NCBI GenBank assembly: GCA_002633005.1 | Contig: NMRA01000138.1 | Coordinates: 62,001-126,000, forward strand | DNA: 64,000 nt | Direction of reading: 5' to 3' | Origin: Phoronis australis | Lineage: Eukaryota; Animalia; Phoronida | Shown: positions 32,240 through 43,244 of the stretch, piece by piece | Numbering within the stretch: position 1 is the stretch's first letter | Layout of the letters: every line of letters begins with the position of its first letter | Translations under genes and position numbers: made by a program | Notes under the pieces: generated by a model | Database searches by the model: none | What the model saw: the letters and a program-made list of their open reading frames with translations, nothing else | Told to the model about the DNA's origin: nothing

Positions 32240-32560
32240 CAAGTCATTTATAGAGTCTCGAGATATTGACGCGCATAGTGGGCCAGATTGGGATGACTTG
32301 TCATTTACAGAGATTGGAGATGTGACATGTGCGTAGATTGCCAAAGTGAGGTGACAAGTCATTCATAGTGACTGGAGATGTTGATATGTACATAGTCGGT
32401 AAAAGTGAGGTGTCGTGACTGGTCATTCAGAGAGACTGCAGTTGTTTACATGGGCATAATGGGTCAAAGTGAGGTGACAAGTCATTTGTAGAGACTAGAG
32501 ATGTTGACATGTGCGTAGTGGGCCAAAGTGAGGTGACAAATCTTGCACAGAGACACGGAG
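32228..32560. repeat. Minisatellite, ~58-bp unit, ~5.5 copies, beginning in the last MED6 codons
   Basis: Unit aaagtgaggtgacaagtcatttgtagagactagagatgttgacatgtgcgtagtgggcc. Confidence 0.8.
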
Positions 32561-33870
32561 TGTACTTATGATTCCCTTGCATTGTGTACCAGCCAAATGC
32601 AATTTACAATGGCTCCTTAGTCGTGTGTGTGTATTTTGGTGTGAAGAGATATTCAGTCTGAATGTGTCTTCTTGTGTTATAAAACTTAAGTTTGATTTAA
32701 GCTTCTTTCTTACCACTGTGAACTGATCTCAATCTGTTCCTTACTCAAATAGGAAGTGATCGTTGGGCTTAGGAACAACTGGACATTCACTATGTCTTGA
32801 GGCTATGCTCAGCACAGAAAATGATTGTTGGAGTATTGCCAACATGTTGAGCTTTGTCTCAAGTGAGAATGATTTTTTCTTCTCAAGTCCAAAAATCTGT
32901 TCTGATCTGAGCAGGGAAATGTAAGGCAAAGGTTCATTATGTTCCATTCTCTCCATTACTCTGGAGAAGGATAACAAATTTTTCGGTTTTGTTAGCAAAT
33001 TCAATCATTTTTTGTAACTTACGATGTTTTCTTCTTGTGATAGACCTAATATGTGTATTTATTGTGCTTCAGAATGACTAAAAAGGTATTTTAATCAAAG
33101 ATTTAAACTTATATAATTCCATTTTTATCTTGACTATTTTGCTGCTGAACCATTGATATAGTGTTGTATCCTTAAGGAAATAGTTTAAACTTTATTTTTT
33201 TAATTTTCTCTAAGTGATATCAATCTTAGAATTTGCCTTAGTAATATTTCTCCATCTCAACACCTGGTTATAAATGTTACATTAAGCTGTTTACTCTTTA
33301 CTTATTTAGCTATCTCAATGAGAAGTCCTTATTTGCTCCTATCTAGTTCAACTCTAGTCAGAGAGGAGCTTCCAAATGTAGATATCACTCTGATTCACTG
33401 TGAAAATGGCTATAAAACCATTTTCCAATCAAGAATTGATTTTTGATTTAGGCTACTTATCCCCATAAAATTGGCCTCCACATGTTCCTTACACAGATAA
33501 GTGATTTATTGGCTTGCAAAATGATAGTTCTTTTAAAAGTATTCCTTTAAACTAAACCCGCCATGACAAGCCAACATGGTTTTAACAATGATAAACTGTC
33601 TGACATGGGGCCCTCATTCATCCAAGGGGAAAAGTGCCTGTGCCTTTTGATAGAATATTTCGGGGTGAGGTGAAAATTCTACCTCCCGATCACCATTAAT
33701 AGCAACCCACCCTGTTGCAAGCCCTCACAGGCTCTGCCCCAAAAAATCAAAACTGAATCAGTTCCTACAATACAACACAGATACTGTGAATTGACATTTG
33801 TTAGTTGCTTTCAAATTTCGAATTGTCCATTCATTGGGTGGCTACCAGGAGTGAAAAATACATCAGGTAC

Positions 33871-34024
33871 CGTTTTTTGCTTCAGCCATTCACGAATTCT
33901 CTTCCGGTCTATACCCAATTCCTTTTAATGCCAAGTTGATAATGCACCCTTGGTAAATGTCTTGAACTTGCTGAATTACCGAAACCTTGTGTTCCAGGGT
34001 GTAAGACCTTCGTTTTGTCTTGTT
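33871..34024 (-). pseudogene. Frameshifted pogo-type transposase N-terminal HTH (Brinker-DBD-like) remnant
   Basis: KTKRRSYTLEHKVSVIQQVQDIYQGCIINLA / (frameshift) KELGIDRKRIREWLKQK fits the RRSY..K..V...A..GIDRK.IREW.KQ pattern. Confidence 0.6.
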
Positions 34025-35084
34025 TATAAACACAAATCAATGAACTTGTCTTATTGACACAAATGTACATTTACATTGAAAGCTTTAATTACCCCTATAC
34101 AACTACCTGAAAGCTTGAGTTATCCACCCATTCACTCGGCTCCGAATATAGCAAAAAAAAAATTGAATGTGGTGGGACATCTCCAATGGGAGAACCCCTT
34201 TTGTTATATGCACGTATTGCACGTAGCACATGGACAAAAAACGATAGGCCTAAACATAGACTTCTATAGTCTATGGGCCTAATGTTCGGTGCTACCCCAG
34301 TACATTTAGACAAAATGTTTCAAGTCGTGCACAATAACAAGAGTTCACGTTTTGCAAACTGTAATTCACGCCCATGGGCTTATCTACGGAAAATCCCGGT
34401 CTATACCAAAGTCATCTTCTGATGTGATAATTGCTCTTCTTCACTCAAAAGGAACAGCCTACGTGATAATGCCATGCTTCCTCTCTGCAGCGCTTCTTTA
34501 ATTCTTGTAAGGTACTAGCATAGGTTAAGTAGCTGGTACCAAGTATTGTGGAAGTCGACCTATGCATCTACTGGCCATGCAGCCTTGGGTGTCTGATATC
34601 CCACAATCCTTTTGTGTGTGTATATGACATCTTGCCGTATCCATAAAATAGTCGATGGAAAACTTGGTAATTTGCAAAAAAATAGTTTCCATGAATGGAA
34701 AATGAAAAGGTGTGAAATTCCGTGGAAATGTTAATAAAAAAGAAAATGCAAGTGTTTATATCAAGGCATGTACTTTTCAACTATGCTTGGCAACAGACCC
34801 TCGGGATAAATCTTGTAAATGACAACAACCATACGAGTGGAAACCATGGTGATCTCCGTTAAAGTTGCGTTTCTAGAAACACTGGTCGTGTGATTACAAA
34901 TGTTTCTGTGTTCGTGAAGTTTTGAAAAATATACGATTTCGTGCGAGTTGAAAATCATGTAAATTAATACTTAAAGGTGTACTTACTTTCCATTTGTTGT
35001 TTTAAAGCGGATATAGGCCTAAGCACCCTTTACGTTTAAGACGCCAGTTTGATTTAGACAACTTACCACTAGAAATCTGCCTCC

Positions 35085-35213
35085 CGTTCAGTAACGTAAG
35101 GACCTCGCTAAAAAGCAAGACTTCGCGAGTTTACACGAGATATTGCGGTGTATTTTAAATGAGAACACGTGACTTTGGCTAGTTTTTAGCTCAGGTCCTA
35201 GCGTTACTGAACG
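35085..35213. mobile_element. Short palindromic MITE
   Basis: cgttcagtaacgtaaggacctcgctaaaaa is inverted against tttttagctcaggtcctagcgttactgaacg. Confidence 0.55.
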
Positions 35214-35642
35214 CACTCCTGGTCTCATCCTGTTTATTTCTCAGATGGAAAGTGATATCTGCTTTTATAAAGAGCCGACACCTCGTTATTCCTTCAGCTC
35301 GGCGATATAACCTGAAGAGTCTGCTCTCGAGCAATAACTAACTCCCTGGAGTCACGTACATCCATGTGATCATTTAATTAAAATGAAAGCGGCCATCAAC
35401 TCCCCTTTCAAGCAACTTTTTTGATTTAGACCATTTACTGTGGTGAAATTGGTCTCGAGTTTTTAGTCAGGAGATGATTTTAGGGCTTCGTAAGAACGTT
35501 CTGGACAATTTTAGGTCACGCTGTGAGACGAATTTTTATGAGCGATTTCAGAATTCAGCCCTTCCTGAGCTGAGAGATCAGTTCTAAACTGAGTAAAGAA
35601 CAGCATAAGAACAACTTCAGTTTTAACGGTAAGGGGACCGAA

Positions 35643-35711
35643 TATGGACGGCGCAGCTGAAAAAAGTGGGGGCTATAGCACCCCCCAGCCCCCTATGGTG
35701 CGCCGCCCATG
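35643..35711. mobile_element. 69-bp hAT-like mini-element
   Basis: TIR TATGGACGGCGCA / TGCGCCGCCCATG and 5-bp TSD CCGAA. Confidence 0.6.
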
Positions 35712-36048
35712 CCGAATCCGATGGCTAAACTTGTTTTTGACAAGCACGGGATTAATGCTGCAAACAGAGTGGGCATAAATATTTCCTGCTATGATCGATC
35801 GATTTCAGTGAGGTGCAAAGATACGCTCACAGGCAATATATGCATATACTTCACAGGGCCCCGTAATTAAGTCTGAATATTTTGCTGACTAACTCGTCAC
35901 AAAATTAATTACCTAGCTGCCTTGACAGAAGGGGTACAGCATCTTACTCTGAAATCGGGGTCCATTTTCGAATTCATGGTGAAAATTAATCAAAGCCATA
36001 CTTCACACTTGTGACCAGTGCAACTTACCCCACTTTTAAATGGAGCAA

Positions 36049-36112
36049 CCACAAACACACACACCCACTCGCGCGCGCGCACACACACGCACACACTCGC
36101 ACACACATACAT
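36049..36112. repeat. Imperfect (CA)n/(CG)n microsatellite
   Basis: acacacacacccactcgcgcgcgcgcacacacacgcacacac. Confidence 0.8.
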
Positions 36113-36519
36113 CCGAACTGGGGTAAGGTGAAAATTGTCGCTCTGTACATGGCCGACAGCAAATGCGTACCTGCATTCTCTCAATAACTTTTTACACTCC
36201 TGACATTTGGCTCCCTTACGAGGTATGACATGTGACGTATTTTGATTTAAATATAGATCACAAATTCGTTCTCCCCGGTGTAGTCCGCGGCTTTTACCAG
36301 ACCGGTCTGTTATGTAACCGCGGCTGGTAATTACTTCCGCTTTGCCCCAGCTTTGCGGCCACCCAGCGATTAGAAGTGGCGCGATTTACCCTTAGCTCAA
36401 GTTGTCATAAGTGGGACAAGTTGCTCTAGTAGCGCCCACACAGCCCTCAAACCTAGCGACAACTCGTTCCAGGAATAACTTGATCTAGGGTAAGTCTGTG
36501 TCATGTGGACGGCACTAAA

Positions 36520-37330
36520 GATTTATTCCAGCATCATTCGGCCGCAGGCCTATTGATGACATACGCATTCAATATACATGAAATACTTAAAGTTTTTTGT
36601 GTCTTACAAGTCTAAAAGCCAAAACACGTATCTTGTCAACTTTTTTACATACTCATCATTCTAATCATCTAGATATATCACATCAAGGTAATCACCTGAA
36701 CCATCTGTATAACATTTCTCTCTATACGATTTTCATAAAAGAATACTATTAGTTAAGAAGAAAGTGACATTCTGACTCTCTCTCATGCCCCTTTTCATTG
36801 TTAATACTGTGAGCTGATATTCTTAGTTTCGTCTGAACAATTCTTTAGTACCTTTCGAAACATAACTTCCTTTTAACATTTCTATAAAGTACAAGTTTAC
36901 TATAATCGGCAAGATTACTAGAAAATCATTCTCAGACATCAGAGTTAGTCCCATTCTAACCTTGTCAATGAAGCTTATTTTTGCCTAAAATCAACTGTGT
37001 ACTCCATAGAAACCTCAAAATTTTCAACAAATGTTTTACCTTTAAACCCACTTTTATGTTTTGCCAAAACGCCACCTTCCTGAAACGCCATCTTATTTTT
37101 ATCCATGTTCACCTTCAGTTTATTTTCGTGGCAGTACAATTCTAACTTATTAATTGGACGGTGAAAACCTTCCGGGGTATCCGCAAACAAAACTAGGTCT
37201 TCTGTAAAAGCCAAATAAAAATAAAAAGTCTATTGATATTTAAATATTTTTCTTAGTTGTTCGTAAAAAGGCGACGGTATGCACCCTTGTCTAGCACCAG
37301 TTGAACATTTACAATATTTGGAACAATCTC
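36520..37330 (-). mobile_element. Decayed LINE (L2/CR1-group-like) reverse-transcriptase fragment with its 3' end
   Basis: GARQGCIPSPF and FTEDLVLFADTPEGFHRPINKLELYCHENKLKVNMDKNKM...GGVL resemble RT motifs (xADD region). Ends in a short GGCC hairpin followed by AATAAA at ~36522. Confidence 0.7.
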
Positions 37331-37479
37331 TCATAATCACTTTTGATTTAAAGTCCCGATGAATACTTATCATGTGTCTAACGCTAGTTAACAAGTCATC
37401 AATGTTTTACTCAAGGTGATTGGTCATATTTTGAACCTTTAAAGAAGGAAGATGGTTATCACCACAGATAGCTCGTTGA

Positions 37480-38090
37480 TCTCGCTTTGTACAGAAGGTG
37501 CATCCTCGAAGAGGAAAGACCCAGATGTGCTGGCAACAGCAAGTGATTGGCAGTTGATTGTGGAGGTAGGACCATTGCCTATATCCTCAAGCCATACAGT
37601 GATGATGACACTCCGGCCTGACTTGGTGTTATGGTCAGATGGTACGAAGACCAGTGGCGGATTTAGGTGGGGGCAAGGGGGGCCATGTCCCCCTAAAATT
37701 CTCCCAGATTCCAGTTAGTGGAAGTTCGGAGATGCGAATGTCTGACGGACAAAATCCTGGCTAATACTTTGCCCTGCCCCTCCCACAACTCAAAATCTTG
37801 GATCCTCCTCTGAAGACAGTCACTACTGTAGGACTTAGAGTAAAATGGGAATGCGGAGTGGTAGAGTCCAATGGGAGAAACAGGCTAAAGTATGCAGAAC
37901 TTTCCCCGTGAATGTTGAGTAGCTGGTTGGAAGTGTTTTTGTATGCCAGTTGAAGTAGGATGTAGAGGTTTGATCGGGAGCAGCATGTGGAGGTTGATGA
38001 AGTTCCTAGGTATCAGCACAGTGTCAAGGAAGAATTTGATACTGACAGTGATGAGATCTGCTGAAGAGGCGTCGGTCGTGACTATGGCAA
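37480..38090 (+). mobile_element. Decayed restriction-like endonuclease domain of an R2/HERO-type non-LTR retrotransposon, interrupted by a MITE
   Basis: DWQLIVEV...TLRPDLVLWSDGTKT[MITE]VTTVGLRVKWE...KYAEL../.GWKCFCMPVEVGCRGLIGSS...LGIS...SAEEAS fits the RPD..E..KY..PVEVGCRG RLE pattern. Contains stops and a frameshift. Confidence 0.75.
37652..37812. mobile_element. 161-bp hAT-like MITE nested in the RLE remnant
   Basis: TIR CAGTGGCGGATTTA / TGGATCCTCCTCTG and 5-bp TSD AAGAC. Removing it with one TSD copy restores the RLE reading frame. Confidence 0.75.
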
Positions 38091-38434
38091 CAGTGAGAAA
38101 ACATTGATGACTAAAGTCTGATCAACTTCGGGGACCCGTCATCCGAGATGATTCTAGGTTAGGAGTTGAAATTATCGGTGAGGATGCATTCTAGTTGATG
38201 ACAGCACTTGGAGGCAGCACACAACATCTGCATGTTTCAGTTAATTTAATTTTACTGCAGATTTAACGGCCTCTATATGGACCGTATTGGTGCACACACA
38301 CATATCAAGGAACGGGAATACTTCATGGCCTGCGTGCGCCAACAACCATGTTTCGTTTGCCAACCATGCATTTTTGTCCGTAAGACTATCTGTAGGTCAA
38401 TGTTCACAGTCTCTGTTGCTATCAGTCTGCAAGG

Positions 38435-41328
38435 ATGGGCTACTCCACAGGTGTACTAAATGCTCTGCTGCTTCGTCTGAGTTTTCCAGCATGTATAGGA
38501 TTACTGCTCTTCTTGCTTATTATGATGATTCTCTACAGATCTGTAAATAAAGACAACAGGACGCACAATATGCCGCCGGGCCCTAAACCGTTACCAATTA
38601 TTGGAAATGTTCATCTATTCTTTGGAAAGCGAGATGAGGATGTCTTTCGCGAGTTGATGAAGAAATATGGCGATGTTTTCACTCTCAAGATTGGACCAAC
38701 ATATGTGGTAGTGTTAAATTCTCACGAGGTGATCAAAGACGCTCTAAGCAAACAAGGTGACAACTTTACCGATCGACCCATGACGCCTCTGAGAAAGTGT
38801 AGTATTTGGCCACCTCAGGCAGGTAAGGAGTTTCCTGTGTGATCGTGACCTGATTAACTTTTTGCTTATCACCCTAAAGATGTACTAGGCCTACAGTCTT
38901 TCACACACGTAATGATTTGTTTTAAGTTGGCGATTATTTGTCTTTGTATCTTGTAGTTGTTTATTGACACTCATTTAAACAGGATTCGTGTTTCTGATTC
39001 AGTATAGACTCACAGTGACTTTCAAAAGATTAATTGTGATTCAAAAAGAAAAAAAAATGATGAGATCTATGTCCACCGGAAAACAATTTAACTTGTCTAC
39101 CATTATTGTCTATCTCGTTAAAGGAGTGGTTTTCTCTGATGGTGAAATTTGGCGAAGCAATCGTAGATTCTGTCTTCGCCATTTGCGTGATCTTGGGCTG
39201 GGAAGGCAGAGCCATGAAGCCCACATCACGCGAGAAATAGCGATGTACGTGGACGAGCTACGCTCTACAAGTGGCAAGCCAACAGACATTCGCGTATTGC
39301 TTGCAAACGCAGTGTCTAATATCATTAGCTGTATGGTATTTGGAAAACGATTTGAGTACAACAATCCTGAGTTTCAAGAACTTGTCCAACGTATGAACGG
39401 CAATGCGCAGACGCCCTACATTCTCAGTACTCTGAATTTTACCGACAAAATACCGTTTTTTGGGAAGCGACTTTTACAAAGATTTGCGAAGAACCGGTTA
39501 GTAATAAAGGGCGTAATAGATAAACATCTTCAGGAACACAAAGACAGCTTCGCCGATCAAAACAACACGCCTGGAGACGATTTGATTAATTATTACCTGC
39601 AAGGGAAGTATGGCCTGTTGGAAGTGGGGAAAGGGATTGACGAAAGGATTTTTGAAGGTGAGATTCATACAGATTATCGTTCATCCGGGTGAAATACTTG
39701 ATGCGAGAGTATCGGTAATGAAAACTGTTCGTAATCCACATTTAATCATTTTCCCGACATAACGGAGCCGTGTGACTCATGCAAGGGAAAAGCAACTGAA
39801 ATGCAACGGCAAACGAGAAAACGTTCACGGTAATTTGGCAGTTGCTAATTGCTATTCTCCCGTAGGTTGACGGCTCCCCAGAAATCGGGAGAAATTTTCT
39901 TTCACCTCGACGTTTTAAGGTATTTCAACACTAGCAAACGTTCTGGAAGTTTCCAGGCTCTCGTAATCGTCATGACTGTCTTCATTGATATTTAAAAAAG
40001 TGTTAATAATATTTGCAGTCACATTGGTTGTGTGGACAAGAGTCATAAGAGATATGGTACCACACACATGGTTGCTTCTAATTACAGAAGACTATATGGG
40101 AAAATTAGTTTTTGATTGTTTCGTGGCTGGTACAGAGACCACTTCGACCGCCTTACGTTGGACCTTAGTCTATATGTTGAACTATCCCGATATTCAAGAA
40201 AAAGTTCGGACAGAAATTTATGATTTTGTTGGCAAAGACCGACTTCCAGGTCTAGCAGACAAAGTGCACTTACCGTACACACAAGCTGTGATCACCGAAG
40301 TACTCCGCACAGGTATGCCAAGTAAAAATTTCCTTTCTTACGAAGGGATTTCATATTTATGGCCAATGTTTGCACGGTTGTTTCTTCCGATTCACCATGA
40401 ACTTAAAGTATAAAATGCAGCCAGAAGATCACGCGTTTTTCATCGTTTTTCTCAAGGAATGAGCGACTACTTTGTGTTAATTCTAGATGATTAAAATGAA
40501 AAACATTAACCGGCTCGATTTGGCTTACTAAATAAATTTAATCACGTAATTTCTTGATTGAAGATATAGTGTTCATGTACCGCGTCATGTGACAACTAAT
40601 TTTCTATACTTTTTATGACCAGTAATCACCCATGGTGTAACACGCGGGTCCATGTCAACGCTGTGGGATGCTTTTGCTCATTTTTAAGAACGAGGTTTTT
40701 AGTAAAGTCTGTTCTCCTTTTCCAGGTAACATCGTTTACATGTCTCTCCCGCACTGCACGTGTTGTGACGTAGACCTTCACGGATACAAGATTCCAGCCA
40801 AAACGCCAATTATACCCAACTTAGTAGCAGTCAATTTAAACGAGAAAAATTTCCCTCAGCCGCAGGTGTTTAGGCCTGAAAGATTTCTAGATGGTGAAGG
40901 CCATTTTAATAAAGAGCTAGCGGAGAAGACAGTACCGTTTGGGATTGGTAAGTAATCTGTTGGCAAATAAATTTGACAAATCAGTTTAACTCAGAAAAAG
41001 ACCTAACTGCCTACTATCTCGCCTTAAGTAAAGAAAAAATTACCAACATACAAAACAGAAATTTAGATCTTAGCGGATCCATTTTTTAGAAGTTAGTTTT
41101 GCTGTAACTTACGCACTCTAATTGTACGCCTAATCATTCTTGCCAGGTAAACGCGTTTGTCTTGGAGAAGCCATGGCCAGAATGGAAATTTTCCTGTTCT
41201 TCGCATCCATGATTCAACAATTCCGGTTTGAAGTGCCAGCAGGCGCTTCTCCGCCCTCTATGGTAGGAACAGCCATGTCCATCAATTCACCAAAACCGTT
41301 TACGCTGTCCGCCATTAGCTTGGCGTGA
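38435..41328 (+). CDS. Cytochrome P450, CYP2 clan, 516 aa. Exons 38435-38822, 39124-39657, 40088-40312, 40726-40947, 41147-41328
   Basis: N-terminal TM anchor, PPGPKPLPIIGN hinge, WRSNR (WxxxR), AGTETT I-helix, EVLR (ExxR), FRPERF, heme signature PFGIGKRVCLGE. Four phase-1 GT-AG introns and an intact frame (1551 nt). Confidence 0.94.
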
Positions 41329-43244
41329 TTACTGCTAGAAAGTGGGACAAACTGATAAGTTGGTGATTTTCCGATTTCCTAACGAGAGTAATGAATATAC
41401 TAGAAAATAGACTTTCATGAATGAAGAAGGCAAATGTTTGTGGTCGTGTTCGTGTATTTTCTACGAGTGGTCTGCCGTTCAATGTCGTAGCTGGCTCTTC
41501 TGTATTGTACTTTGCTACAACGCTTTTAGTTGTCATTTTTCGTGGACATTCTTTGCTCGCGAACTGTTTTCGTGAACAGCAATTCGTTTCTTGTGTTTAG
41601 AATCTACTCAGACGAGTTAATGTTGTTGGGTGACAAACAAAGAGTACCTGTACCTGAAAGGAGCACAAAAGAGTGAAAAATAGGGTCTGTGTATAAAGAA
41701 TGGAATCATAACTGTAACACATGAAATACGTACCCTACAGAAAACTTTGAAGAATCACAACTCGTTTGTCACAGTTGTCAAGAGTGTAAGCATGGAATAG
41801 TCTTCCAAACGTATTGTACGACTAGAAAGTTAATAAATATAAATAATTTATTTCCATCATGTACAAAACACTGCATAATTCAAGCAATATTACCCTTGGT
41901 TAAATTCCCTGTCTGGAACAGACCTGAGCACCCCTCTACAAATAATAAATTAATACTTGCCTACAACTGCTTCTTGTTACAAAATGTTCCAGTAGAAAAA
42001 TATTCTCTATAACTCCATTGTTTCAGTCTTAAAAGGTAGTCTTAAGAAGATAAAGAAAACTGTCCATAATGCCAATACACAAATATTAAAAATACCATTA
42101 TAAATGGGACATTTCATAAAAGAATAATAACACCAAACAAAAACTTTGATTGAATCAGTGATTAACTCACATATAATCTATAATTACACATACAAGACAA
42201 AAATAATGCGACACAATATTGTTTCCTGGTCACCTCGGCTAATTCTGTTGATGGCAAAATTAACTGGTGATAACAGTAAATAGGTCAAAATTATAATTAC
42301 AGAATGGCTTAGCCACCATACTAACTTCCTTGTTAATTGCCCTTGGTTCAAGGTCACGAGGGAAGGCTATGCTAATGGTGAATTTGGCTTCTGTCTAGCC
42401 TCCATGACCGGAATTCTGGGTCATTTTGTCTGAATAATTTTGGCGTGTACTGTAGAAAGAAACTAAGTACATGTTAACTATGTCATCAATCATAGTTTTA
42501 ACGAGTATATTAGAACACCACTGTTGTACCAAAGTTTAATATTCTAATTCGTTTGACCATATCGATACCGAGAAAACATGCCATTCCAACCACTTGCTAT
42601 AGAAGGTTAGTTTTTGCCACGCACACAAGAGACAAGGTCTAGTTATTGCTAATGTCAAATGAGATGGAATAAAGTTTGCTCTGTTGAAACTCATAGCAGA
42701 AGCACTGAATGAACTCCACACAACCAACCAGGTACTTGTGCACACAATATATTTGTGTTCATCTGGCGATGAGACAGCAGACGGTCCACGTTACATCTAG
42801 ACTCCGTTGCCCAGTGTAATTGTGTACACATATTCTGATATTCCAGAGCTTGTCCAGATTAGACAGTGCAATATTTGTGGATAAATTTAAAAAAAAATGT
42901 TTAGAAACATGATTTAAAACAATTCACAAGGTCTGACCTGTTCAGATAAAGGAACATAAAAACATGCTACTCATCACAGCTATGTACACAGAATGCTGTT
43001 AACATTAGCACAAACAATCTTGTGTTGTTTGCTTGTTAGAAAATGACATTGGAAGTTAAAATTTGCATAGCTGACATTTCACATGATTAAAAAATTCAAA
43101 AATGCGTAAAACAAATATTACAAGTTCACAATCTAACCAAAATGGCACATAAATCAGACTTTCTGTTAGTCTTATGTTTCACACTATTCACCGAACTGAT
43201 ACCTGCAACCACAGGTTAACGTTACTTTTCATAGAAATCCACTT

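Noticed and set aside
32228-32560. CRISPR-like repeat array
   Set aside because: Eukaryotic context; the units are contiguous degenerate tandem copies with no unique spacers.
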